Positions 30,531 through 39,536 of a DNA stretch of 64,000 nucleotides are shown here, in pieces. A program made the position numbers and the translations under genes. The stretch comes from Trueperaceae bacterium (GTDB lineage: Bacteria; Deinococcota; Deinococci; Deinococcales; Trueperaceae). Location of the stretch: positions 3,776,001 through 3,840,000 of the forward strand of contig OZ243913.1 of the NCBI GenBank assembly GCA_965213705.1, in the 5' to 3' direction. A model generated the notes under the pieces. The model searched no databases. It was not told the DNA's origin and saw only the letters and a program-made list of their open reading frames with translations. Within the stretch, counting starts at the first letter, position 1, and each line of letters opens with the position of its first letter.

Positions 30531-32042
30531 TCAAGCCGATTGCCCGGCCCCACGCACAAAGCGAGCAAGTTCGGTCTTCAAGGCCTCGAGCGCGCCCAAG
30601 TTCACGTACATCATGTGGCCCGCCTCGTAGTAGCTCAGGGTGACGTTGCCCTGCAGGGCCGCGGGCAGACCGAGGTGGTTGAAGGTGTACTCGGTCGCAA
30701 AGTGCGGCGTGGCGAGGTCGTAATAGCCGCTGGCGACGTGAACTTTGAGGTGCGGGTTCGTCGTCATGGCCTTGCGCAGCGTCTCGGCGACGTCGACGTG
30801 GGCGTTGTCGGTCTCCCACTGCCAGGCCTTGTTCACGTCGAAGGACAAGATTTCGTAAGGGAGGTCGCTCGCGTAGCCCAATTCTTCCCGAACGTATTGG
30901 TTGAAGGCGGCGGCGTAGGGTCCGGTAATCGCGGCCAGGCTCGGGTCGAACTCGAACACCTCGCCCACGTGGTCGCGGTCGGCCCCAGTAAAGCGGCTGT
31001 CCAAACGGCCCACGGTGCGCCCCTCAGCCCGCAGCAGTTCTTTGGTAAAGCGCATAATGCCGATGCGGAGGTTCGTACGCCCTATATAGTCCTCGCTCAA
31101 GCCGGTGTAGCGGGCAAGTTTGCGGACAAGCTGCCGACGTTCTTTATCACCGAGGCTCGAGCCCTTTAAAAGCGCGGGCGCGTACTCGTCCAGGGTGAAC
31201 GCCTCGACCTCGTTTAAGAGTTCTTTTAGAGGTTTACCCTGAAGTTTGGGGCCGAGTTTTTGGTGATACCAGGCCGTCGCCGCGTAGGTGGGCAGGTACA
31301 AGATGTTCGGCAGGACGTTGTTGTGGTTGAAAAGCAGCGTCGTAAAGTCCAGCACCACGCTGACGAGCATAAGACCGTTGAGGTACAAACCGTGCCGCTC
31401 TTGCAGGTAGCCGGCCAACCCGGCGGCCCGCGTCGTCCCGTAGCTCTCCCCCGCCAAAAACTTCGGGCTGCCCCAGCGCCCGTAGCGCGTGGTGTAGAGT
31501 CGGACGAAGTCGCCGACGCTTTGTATGTCTTTCTTAAAGGTGTGAAACTCCTTCGCTTTCTCCCCCGTCACCGCGCGGCTGTAACCCGTGCCGACCGGGT
31601 CGATGAAGACGAGGTCGGTCTCGTCCAGCAGCGAAAACTCGTTGTCGGTGAGCCCGTAGGGGGGCGGCGTCAGGTCGGTGTCGCGCATGTCCACCCGGCG
31701 CGGGCCGAGTAACCCTAAGTGCAGCCACACGCTCGAGGAGCCCGGCCCGCCGTTGAACGAAAACGTCATCGGACGTTCGCGCACGTCTTCAACATCGTCT
31801 TTGGTGTAAGCGATGAAAAAGACCTCCGCCTTGGCCTTTTCGCCCTCGGAAACGCCTTCGTTTTCGCCCTTTTGAGTGGCTTCTTCTTTCAAGACGATGG
31901 TTCCGGTGGTGACGGTGTAGTCGAGGGTTTGCCCGCCGACAGTGACGCTGTGCCGGGTCGTGGTGAGGTCGTCTCGAGGTTGAAGAACTGCGGGTTGCGG
32001 CGTGTCGGTTGGCTCGGCTTCTTTTTTCGGGTCGTCGCTCAT
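30531..32042 (-). CDS. Peptidase S10 serine carboxypeptidase
   Basis: FNGGPGSSS, IDPVGTGYS, GESYG, GYYDLATP, AGHMMY. Confidence 0.93.
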   Translation of the reverse strand: MSDDPKKEAEPTDTPQPAVLQPRDDLTTTRHSVTVGGQTLDYTVTTGTIVLKEEATQKGENEGVSEGEKAKAEVFFIAYTKDDVEDVRERPMTFSFNGGPGSSSVWLHLGLLGPRRVDMRDTDLTPPPYGLTDNEFSLLDETDLVFIDPVGTGYSRAVTGEKAKEFHTFKKDIQSVGDFVRLYTTRYGRWGSPKFLAGESYGTTRAAGLAGYLQERHGLYLNGLMLVSVVLDFTTLLFNHNNVLPNILYLPTYAATAWYHQKLGPKLQGKPLKELLNEVEAFTLDEYAPALLKGSSLGDKERRQLVRKLARYTGLSEDYIGRTNLRIGIMRFTKELLRAEGRTVGRLDSRFTGADRDHVGEVFEFDPSLAAITGPYAAAFNQYVREELGYASDLPYEILSFDVNKAWQWETDNAHVDVAETLRKAMTTNPHLKVHVASGYYDLATPHFATEYTFNHLGLPAALQGNVTLSYYEAGHMMYVNLGALEALKTELARFVRGAGQSA

Positions 32043-32089
32043 AGACGAAGTTTATGCCGGAAGTCGGGTGAAGGTGTCGTCTCGAGCCT

Positions 32090-32890
32090 TCAGGCTAGAA
32101 ACTTGTCTACCGCTTCTTGCAAGGTCAACTCGCCCCGGTCGACCGCCGCCAAGTACAGCCGCAAAAACGGGAGGAGCTGGCCTTCCGCAGTTGCCAACTC
32201 GCGCCGAAACACGCGCGCCAAGGCTCCGCCCGCCTCCAAGTAACCCGACCTGTCTAAGCGGTTCAGGGTCGCCTCAACATCGTAAGGAACAAACCTTTTT
32301 TGCCACGCCCAACTGTCGTTTTGCCGCTCCAGCACCAGGTATTGCGCGTCCCGCACGCCGTTCAGGGGCAAGCCCAGCGACCCTATACTAACGAGTCGGC
32401 GGCCCGACCAACTGCGCTCAAGCCACTTGTGGTTGTGGCCGCGCACGATGAACGTTTCTGCGACGTCGAACATGCGCTCGAGGTCTGCTTCCGGCGTCTC
32501 CGCGACGACGTTCTCCTGGTCGCTGCGCGGCGTCGCATGGACGATAAGGAGGCCGGGGAAATGCCGGGTCAGGGGCAGAGCGCGCATCGCTCTCAAGTCG
32601 GTTTGGGTAACTTGCTGCAACGTCCAGCGCAGACTCGCAAAGCGTTCGCTCGACCACGCCGGGTCGGCGGCGGGCGTGGCGTAGTCGAACAAGTAACGCT
32701 CGTGGTTGCCGCGCAGCACCAGGCAGTGAAGCGACATGACTAAGTCCCAACACGGCTTCGAATCGGTCAAACCGTTGACGATGTCGCCCGCCACGACGAT
32801 TTCGTCGACGTTTTGCGTCTCAATATCTTCCAAGGCGGCCTCGAGCGCGCCCAAGTTGCCATGAATGTCGGCGAGGACGGCCAGGCGCAT
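32090..32890 (-). CDS. Metallophosphoesterase family protein
   Basis: DIHGN, GDIV, GNHE, GHNH motifs. Confidence 0.9.
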   Translation of the reverse strand: MRLAVLADIHGNLGALEAALEDIETQNVDEIVVAGDIVNGLTDSKPCWDLVMSLHCLVLRGNHERYLFDYATPAADPAWSSERFASLRWTLQQVTQTDLRAMRALPLTRHFPGLLIVHATPRSDQENVVAETPEADLERMFDVAETFIVRGHNHKWLERSWSGRRLVSIGSLGLPLNGVRDAQYLVLERQNDSWAWQKRFVPYDVEATLNRLDRSGYLEAGGALARVFRRELATAEGQLLPFLRLYLAAVDRGELTLQEAVDKFLA

Positions 32891-33835
32891 TCAGGAGCGC
32901 TCGAGGGCCACTGTGACTTTCGGAAAGCCGACGATGTCGTAGGTGGCCGAGGCCAGGCCGATGTTTGCGGCGTCGAGTTCTTTCAAAATATCCCGGCTGA
33001 GCGCGTCTTTGACCTCGCGCACGCCGTGGGTGTTGGCGAGAAAGCGCACGGTGAGTTCCAACCAGTTGTCGGTCAAGCGGTAGTACACCCGCGGGTCGAT
33101 GTCGCTGATTTGCACCGCGTAGCGCTGTTGCATCCGCTTTAAGTCGTCTTTATCGAGTTCTTCGACCCTTAAAGCGTGCTGGCGGGCGGTTGTCAGCAAA
33201 ACCTCTTCGACCCGGCTTCTATCATCCTGGTAGCGAATCGGTAAAGTAATCTCTTCCCAGATATAGGGAAAGTCGCGGGTGTAGTTGAAAACCGGCTCGT
33301 TGAACAGTTGCGCGTTGCTGACCGTGACGATGCGCCCGGTAAACTGCCGGCTGCGCACCCACACCGCCGGGTCGGCACTCTGCACGGCGGGCGGCTGGCC
33401 CATCTCCATAATCGTCGTCTGGATAAACCCCAAGGCGATGACGTCGCCGCGCACGCCGCCCATGCTGATGCGGTCGCCGACGGTGAAGTTCTGGCCGCGC
33501 AGAATCACGAAGTAGCCCGCGAGCGCGGTGACGACTTGCTGAAGCGCAAAGGCGAGACCCGCCGCCACGAGTCCGAAGGCGGTAGCGAGTCGGGTCGGGT
33601 CGTCGAACCACACCGACACAAGCCCCAGAATAAGAAACAGGGTAACGAGCAGGTTGACGCCCTGCCGCGTCCAAAAGCGCACGTGCTCGTTTTCGCGGCC
33701 ACGAAACAACAAGCGCGACAGCCCGTTGAAAATGAGACGCAGCGCCGCCGCCACGGCGATGAGGGCGAGCGTAAACAGCACCTTTTGGCCGACGACGGCG
33801 TTGACGCCCATAAACTTGATGCCGAAAAGTTCCAA
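32891..33835 (-). CDS. MscS-family mechanosensitive channel
   Basis: AGLAFALQ, FTVGDRI..GVRGDV, VSNAQLF..PVFNY. Confidence 0.9.
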   Translation of the reverse strand: MELFGIKFMGVNAVVGQKVLFTLALIAVAAALRLIFNGLSRLLFRGRENEHVRFWTRQGVNLLVTLFLILGLVSVWFDDPTRLATAFGLVAAGLAFALQQVVTALAGYFVILRGQNFTVGDRISMGGVRGDVIALGFIQTTIMEMGQPPAVQSADPAVWVRSRQFTGRIVTVSNAQLFNEPVFNYTRDFPYIWEEITLPIRYQDDRSRVEEVLLTTARQHALRVEELDKDDLKRMQQRYAVQISDIDPRVYYRLTDNWLELTVRFLANTHGVREVKDALSRDILKELDAANIGLASATYDIVGFPKVTVALERS

Positions 33836-34024
33836 ACCGTTCCCCTAACCCGGACCCGTTTTTACCGCCACGTTCGCTTCGGCCGAGCGCCGAAACTCAA
33901 GACCGGCAAAGCCTACCACGAGCGAACGGCGGCCAAAAGGGCGTTGGCACAGGATGGTTCACGTCTGCGGTCAAGGCACAACGACCCGTACCGCGCAGGG
34001 CGAAAAGCCGCTGCCGGCAAAAGT

Positions 34025-34057
34025 AAAAACGTGCAGCTCGAGACTCGAGCTGCACGT
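34025..34057 (-). terminator. Intrinsic terminator after the cold-shock gene
   Basis: 14-bp inverted repeat ACGTGCAGCTCGAG-A-CTCGAGCTGCACGT plus T-run on the minus strand. Confidence 0.8.
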
Positions 34058-34078
34058 CGTGTGCGTTAAAAGCTTGGT

Positions 34079-34315
34079 TTAGTAGCGCGAACGCTGTTGG
34101 ACGGGCGCGGCACCGGTCACGTTGACGTTGGCCGCTTGAAGACCCTTTTTGCCCTGCTCAACGTCGAACTCGACTTCGTCGCCTTCGTTGAGGTTGCGAA
34201 AACCGCTACCTTGGATGGCGGAGAAGTGAACAAAAACGTCAGCACCGCCGTCGTCTTGCTCAATAAATCCGAAACCTTTTTCGCCGTTGAACCACTTGAC
34301 TTTACCTGTTGCCAT
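34079..34315 (-). CDS. Cold-shock protein (CspA family)
   Basis: [35 protein letters not shown]. Confidence 0.96.
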   Translation of the reverse strand: MATGKVKWFNGEKGFGFIEQDDGGADVFVHFSAIQGSGFRNLNEGDEVEFDVEQGKKGLQAANVNVTGAAPVQQRSRY

Positions 34316-34482
34316 TTTTACTTTCCTTACTGCTAAGTACACGCCTAGCATAAAACTTTTTGGGCCGAGCCCAAAGTTTCGAAAAAGCCTTTCGCTTTGT
34401 CGGAACTCGGTTACTATAAGGCATTGCCGAGCAAAATGCAAGGGTTGGGTCGTTGTCACGTCGTAAGCGGCGCGCTTAAAGT

Positions 34483-34956
34483 TTAGAGGGGCACGGCGCT
34501 CAAGACGACGCCGTCCTCGTCGGCGTACAGGTAGTGGTCCGGTGTCCAAACGACGCCGCCAAAAGCCACAGCCGAGCCCTGCGTGCCCCCGCCCCGCTTC
34601 CCACTTCTACGCGGGTGACTCGCCAAAGCCAGGATGGCGACGTCGAGTTTGGCAAGCTCGGCCGTGTCGCGCACGCAGCCGTTCAGGATGACGCCCGGCA
34701 GGCCGCGCTCGACCGCTATACGACCGAGGCGGTCGCCCATGAGGGCGCAACGTCTCGAGCCACCCCCGTCGACCACGACCACCGTTCCGGCCGGAACGGT
34801 CTCGAGGGCTTCTAAGTACAGCACGTTGTCCTCGTACACCTTGACGGTGTGGACGGGGCCGTGAAACTTGGTTTTCCCACCGAAGTTTCTGAACACAGGC
34901 TCACAATATTGCAGGTCGTCCCCATGCGCGTCGCTCAAGTCGGTGGTCTGAAACAT
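34483..34956 (-). CDS. rraA: RraA family protein (HMG aldolase-like)
   Basis: [36 protein letters not shown]. Confidence 0.9.
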   Translation of the reverse strand: MFQTTDLSDAHGDDLQYCEPVFRNFGGKTKFHGPVHTVKVYEDNVLYLEALETVPAGTVVVVDGGGSRRCALMGDRLGRIAVERGLPGVILNGCVRDTAELAKLDVAILALASHPRRSGKRGGGTQGSAVAFGGVVWTPDHYLYADEDGVVLSAVPL

Positions 34957-34986
34957 GCTCTATGCTACAGCGCCACCCAGCACGGT

Positions 34987-36312
34987 TCAAGGCTTGCCAA
35001 GAGAGCGAAACACCCGCTCCCACCAGTCGGGTACGCTGACGGTCGGCTCGTACTCGCCCATCTTCGCGCGGATGTCCGCAAGGGGCCAACCTGTCAAATT
35101 CGCCAGTGTTTTAGCCTCTTGGCTGCGACGATCTTTGACTTCCGCGACGTACTGTTCGGCGCGCTCGCAGTTCAAATCACCGTCGAAGGGGCGCTGGAGG
35201 ATGTAGCGACCCTGAAAATTCTCGCGGTTGTCGGTGACGCGGAACATCAGGTCCTCAGGAAACTGTTCGGGCGTGTAGCGAACATGCAGCCGGGTGAGGT
35301 AGACGTTCGGGGCTTGTAAGTCCGCGGCTGCGTCCAGCCAAAACACCCCTGACCGCCGCAGTTCGTCGGGGCTCAGCGGGTCGGCCGCGCAGGGGTCGCA
35401 CCAGGCCATGTCCCAGGCATATTCTAAAAAGCCTGCGTCCCGTCCGGCGCGCTCGTAACCTTTTTGAAACAGGGCTTGATACACGTCGCCGAACTCGTCC
35501 TCGACAAACTCGGGCAGGTTTACGTCGGAGGGAATGGTGCGCGTTTCGTAGTTGGCGAGTTCGACGCGGCCTTTGGGAGACAGCAGGTAAACCACCAGGT
35601 CTTGCGGCCCGGCGGCATTAACCATGCCGAGTTGAATGGGTAGCATAAAGTCTTCGCTCTCGAAAGCCATGACGAGGGGACGGAGGTGTTTAAAGCCGCT
35701 CGCCCCGAACGCCTCTAGGTTGACTTTGGCGACAAAAAACTTCATGCCCTGCGCTAAGTACGGGGCTAACGCCGCGCGCGCGCCCGCGGGCAGGTTGTAG
35801 CCGTTCTCGAGCAACCAAGTCTCGAGCCCCGCCGACTCCTCAGCCCCCAAAATAACGATGTCGTACTCGCCAACCGTAAACTGCGCTTCGATGGTGACGC
35901 CGAGGGCCTGGGTACGCGCCGCGCTCGCCGCTTCCGCCGTCGGCGCGGCCATCATCACGTCACCGTCGCGGAACGAATAGTCCTGACAAGGGTCGTCGTC
36001 GAAATACTCGACCAGCCGCGGCGCGCTGTAAGCGTTCAAACGTTCAAAAATGCTCGGGTCGCCGACCTGAATCTGGTCTTGTCGAAACACGTAAGGAATC
36101 GGCACGACGAGCGCGAACTCGCTCACCTCGCCCTGGTAATCGTTCGACATGCTGAGAACCGTGCGGTCGCCGTCCCGAGCCATGATGACCTGTGAACTCT
36201 CGTTGAACAGCTTTATATCCGCCTGAGCCACGTAAAAACCGCAAAAAGCGAGCGCCGCGCCGCCGCTTAGCAGCACGAGCAGGATGAGCCAGGGTTTGAG
36301 GTTTGGTCGCAT
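34987..36312 (-). CDS. DUF2330-family exported protein
   Basis: Signal peptide then AFCGFYVA; SAPRLVEYFDDDPC; EYAWDMAWCDPCAADPL; FQGRY. Confidence 0.8.
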   Translation of the reverse strand: MRPNLKPWLILLVLLSGGAALAFCGFYVAQADIKLFNESSQVIMARDGDRTVLSMSNDYQGEVSEFALVVPIPYVFRQDQIQVGDPSIFERLNAYSAPRLVEYFDDDPCQDYSFRDGDVMMAAPTAEAASAARTQALGVTIEAQFTVGEYDIVILGAEESAGLETWLLENGYNLPAGARAALAPYLAQGMKFFVAKVNLEAFGASGFKHLRPLVMAFESEDFMLPIQLGMVNAAGPQDLVVYLLSPKGRVELANYETRTIPSDVNLPEFVEDEFGDVYQALFQKGYERAGRDAGFLEYAWDMAWCDPCAADPLSPDELRRSGVFWLDAAADLQAPNVYLTRLHVRYTPEQFPEDLMFRVTDNRENFQGRYILQRPFDGDLNCERAEQYVAEVKDRRSQEAKTLANLTGWPLADIRAKMGEYEPTVSVPDWWERVFRSLGKP

Positions 36313-36413
36313 CGTTACCTCCTTAGTGTTGAACCGAGTTTAGGGGCTGCGCAACCCGGGCGCCAACAAAACTCGAACTATTGCAAAAAGGCAAACTGCA
36401 GGGGGTTGCGCAG

Positions 36414-36439
36414 GTAGGGGCGGGTTTCGAACCCGCCCC
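36414..36439 (+). repeat. GTAG-type REP-like palindrome
   Basis: GTAG-GGGCGGGTT-TCG-AACCCGCCC. Confidence 0.65.
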
Positions 36440-36689
36440 CACCGCGAGAGGACTGCTCGGTAAGGGGTTGCCACCTCTTGTTTTTACCCTTGCCGTTTAA
36501 CTTCCTCGGAATCAAATGGGCGCAGAGCGAGAAGAAAAAATATGGACTAGCGATAGGGAAGCGAAAAACTCTTCCAAGGGGAGCTGTAGTATCGGCATCT
36601 GTATGAAACCTAGCGGCAAAGGGCGAGCATAGTTCGAGTTTTCTTTACAGGGTGCCTGAGCGACCTTTACACTTGCTTGAAGAGCTTTT

Positions 36690-37004
36690 ATGGGCAAGCG
36701 CCGTTACCGTATTCCCTCACGTCAGCAGGTCCGCGTTCTGCGCGCGCTGTTGGCTTACCGGGACGACGGCAGCCACGGCTACGACCTGATGAAACTGACC
36801 GCGCTCAGCCCCGCCACGCTTTACGGGCTGCTCAAGCGCTTGCATGACGAGGGTTATTTGAGCAAGTGTGAGCAAACCGTCGACGGCCGTTGCCGCCTCC
36901 GCTACACCCTGACGCCGGTGGGGTCGCGCTACGCGGAACGCGCCCTGCTGGAACACGAATACGAGTGCGGCGCGGCAAACCTGGCAAACCTGGAGCGGTC
37001 ATGA
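36690..37004 (+). CDS. PadR-family transcriptional regulator
   Basis: HGYDLMK..LSPATLYGLLKRL..GYL...YTLTPVG. Confidence 0.88.
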   Translation: MGKRRYRIPSRQQVRVLRALLAYRDDGSHGYDLMKLTALSPATLYGLLKRLHDEGYLSKCEQTVDGRCRLRYTLTPVGSRYAERALLEHEYECGAANLANLERS

Positions 37005-37954
37005 GCGAGCCCACCCTCACACCGCGCAGCGCGCAACTCGTCTTCGGCTTGGCGCACCGTATCGCCCCTGAAAGTGAGCGGGTTTGGCTCGAGGAAATGG
37101 GACACGAGTACAGTTTTCTCGGGCGTGGAGCGCGCCTTCGCTGGTTGTTCGGTATGGTCGGCCTCGCCCTGCGCCTGCGAGCGGCAACTTTCACGAGATG
37201 GAAATTACCCCGGCGTTTGTGGCTCGCCCCGCTCGCCGGCGCTTTGTTCGTGGTCGCCCTGTTTGTCGTGTCACCCGTGACGCTGCGCCCAAGCGCTCCC
37301 GGAAATTCCAGCGGCTCGGACCCACGACCTTCACAAACTTATCGAGCCGAAAATGCCGACACTGCCGGGAACGCCGCCGGGCCGAGCTTTACAGAAAGCG
37401 AACAAGACGAAGCGGCTCGAGCGGCATCTGCACCCACGGCGAACCTTCAGTCCCGCGCCGCTGCGCCCGCGAGCTTGGCGACGCCGCTCCGGGAGGCCGA
37501 CACCCTTCAGCCTGCAACCGCCGAGCCCGAAAGCGTCGAGACGACAAAGACGCACACAGGGGTGGCGGACACAGAGACGGCGGACACAGAGACGGCAGGC
37601 ACAGGGGCGGCCGCGGAAACGGTGGCGACCCCAAAAGCTTTGTCCGACACTGCGAGCGCCGACGCGGGTAGAGCCGAAGCTGCGCCTACCGAAGCGGTCG
37701 TTACGAGCGTGGCGAGTGAAACGGTTACTTTACGCCTGACCGGAACAGTGTGGCTGGAGCTGCGCCGCGGCGCGGCGGACGGACCGGTTTTGCAAAAAGG
37801 CACGTTTCAAGCCGGACAAAGCTTCAGCGTGACGGTTCCGTTTTACCTCAGCACGTCGGACGCGAGCAGGACGAGCGTTCAAGCCGGCGCGGAAAGCCTG
37901 GGAAGTTTGGGGCGGCTGGGTGAAAGCCAAACGCGCCTGTTCGTAAAGCCCTGA
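37001..37954 (+). CDS. Membrane protein: short N-terminal domain, TM, A/T/E-rich linker, C-terminal RodZ/DUF4115-like domain
   Basis: ATGA overlap with padR; C-terminal VWLELR...VLQKGTFQAGQ...LGSLG. Confidence 0.7.
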   Translation: MSEPTLTPRSAQLVFGLAHRIAPESERVWLEEMGHEYSFLGRGARLRWLFGMVGLALRLRAATFTRWKLPRRLWLAPLAGALFVVALFVVSPVTLRPSAPGNSSGSDPRPSQTYRAENADTAGNAAGPSFTESEQDEAARAASAPTANLQSRAAAPASLATPLREADTLQPATAEPESVETTKTHTGVADTETADTETAGTGAAAETVATPKALSDTASADAGRAEAAPTEAVVTSVASETVTLRLTGTVWLELRRGAADGPVLQKGTFQAGQSFSVTVPFYLSTSDASRTSVQAGAESLGSLGRLGESQTRLFVKP

Positions 37955-38085
37955 ATTCTTCCGCGCCTTCTCGAGCGGGAGATAATAAAGCCCCCTCTTT
38001 TCACTAGACACCTTGCAAAAGTCCAATTAGATGACGATGGTCACTGGTTGTACGGTTGCTCAGTTGGTACTTTCGCAAGACGTCT

Positions 38086-38119
38086 ACTCGGTACTTTCCA
38101 CTCGGTCCTCGGTACTTTT
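38086..38119. repeat. Copy of dispersed intergenic repeat (ACTCGGTACTTTCCACTCGGTCCTCGGTACTTTT)
   Basis: Same core as 9397-9408 and 20667-20827; lies just after the folD stop. Confidence 0.75.
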
Positions 38120-38126
38120 CCCCTTC

Positions 38127-38993
38127 TTAAGCGCGCAGCCCCGCCCGCCGCTCCGCGGCCTCGACCGTGTTGCGCAGCAGCATCGCCACCGTCGTCGGCC
38201 CGACGCCGCCCAGGCGCGGCGTTATCCAGCCCGCGACCTCGCCGACCGACTCGTCCACGTCGGGGAGCAGTCGCCGCCCCTGCCAAGTGATGCCGCCGCT
38301 TACGACCACCGCGCCCGGCTTGACCATGTTTTTCGTCACCACGCCCGGCCGCCCCACCGCCGCCACCACGATGTCGGCGCGCTTTGTAAACGCACTTACG
38401 TCTTTTACGCCCGAATGGACGACCGTCACCGCGGCGTCGCCCCCTTCACCTTTCAAACTAAGCAGCAGTGCTAGCGGGCGGCCCAGGGTCGGGCCTCGGC
38501 CTACCACGACGACCTCACGTCCGGCCACGTGAACGCCGTAGTAAAGCAACATCTCGCGGATGCCCGCCGGGGTGCAAGGCACCGGACCGGGCTCTTGCAA
38601 CACGAGCTTGCCCAGGTTGACCGGGTGCAAACCGTCGGCATCTTTGGCCGGGTTTATCAACGCCAGGGCTTCGGCAAAGTCGAACCCCGCCGGCAGCGGA
38701 TACTGGATGAGGTAACCGTGGACGTCGTCGTCCTCGTTAAAAGCGCGTACGGCCTCGAGCAGGTCGGTTTGAGACGCGCTTGCAGGAATGTCTCGGTGGA
38801 ACGAAGCCACGCCGACCCGCTGCGACGTTTCGTGTTTTAGGCGCACATAGCCTGCACTCGGCGCGTCGTCGCCGACTAAAATCGTGCCCAGACCGGGCGT
38901 TACACCCTCAGCTTTCAAAACCGCGATGCGTTTTTCTAAGTCTTTCAGCACCGCTTCGGCGACCGGTTTACCTTCTAAAAGTCGAGCGGACAC
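38127..38993 (-). CDS. folD: Methylenetetrahydrofolate dehydrogenase/cyclohydrolase
   Basis: KDADGLHPVNLG, PCTPAGI, VVGRG..LGRP, ITPRLGGVGPTTVAMLL; GTG start after AAGGA. Confidence 0.93.
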   Translation of the reverse strand: MSARLLEGKPVAEAVLKDLEKRIAVLKAEGVTPGLGTILVGDDAPSAGYVRLKHETSQRVGVASFHRDIPASASQTDLLEAVRAFNEDDDVHGYLIQYPLPAGFDFAEALALINPAKDADGLHPVNLGKLVLQEPGPVPCTPAGIREMLLYYGVHVAGREVVVVGRGPTLGRPLALLLSLKGEGGDAAVTVVHSGVKDVSAFTKRADIVVAAVGRPGVVTKNMVKPGAVVVSGGITWQGRRLLPDVDESVGEVAGWITPRLGGVGPTTVAMLLRNTVEAAERRAGLRA

Positions 38994-39143
38994 AGGTCTA
39001 CATCCTTTCTTGCGGCTTTTCCCACGAGCGGCCCGCGGCTGAGTAACCCCGCCGGTAGCGTTGGTTGCGCGAGACCGTAAGCACAGTCGTTTGCCCAAAG
39101 CAGCCCTCTCGGCCTCATCCTATAATGAGAGGGCAAAACCGAA

Positions 39144-39216
39144 AACCGGTCGACTCAGCCGGTCAACTTGGTTCGACCCAACCGGTTCAACCTAACCGGT
39201 TGGGTCCAAACCGGTT
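39144..39216. repeat. Cluster of AACCGGT(T/C) palindromes including a 13-bp perfect hairpin
   Basis: GACCCAACCGGTT-CAACCT-AACCGGTTGGGTC at 39175-39206 plus flanking copies. Confidence 0.75.
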
Positions 39217-39254
39217 TGTAGGCTCTGGAAGCTGGTAAACTCTGGGAGGTTGTT

Positions 39255-39533
39255 GTGAGTACGTCTTTGAAAGAGTTCGTCGCCGTCGCGGTGCAAACCT
39301 ACCCCGACCACTTTTTGGAGCAAGAATTTGGTCGCCAGAACGAGCGGAGCGCGCCGGAGCACAGCTCGAGCGAGGCCTTGGCCGTTTACATCGCCGGAGA
39401 GCTTATCGACCTGTACGACCCGGACTCCGGCGACGCCGCCAACATTGCTCGTATCAGCGCAGGTTTGGAGCGTTCGGTTCACCTGCTGGAAAACATCGTG
39501 GCCGAGTTGCGGCGCTCAGCGACCGACGAGTAA
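39255..39533 (+). CDS. Hypothetical protein
   Basis: GGAGG RBS, GTG start, helical-looking 92 aa. Confidence 0.6.
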   Translation: MSTSLKEFVAVAVQTYPDHFLEQEFGRQNERSAPEHSSSEALAVYIAGELIDLYDPDSGDAANIARISAGLERSVHLLENIVAELRRSATDE

Positions 39534-39536
39534 ACC

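Noticed and set aside
38994..39120. Possible ZMP/ZTP or THF riboswitch upstream of folD
   Set aside because: I could not find the conserved motifs of either class
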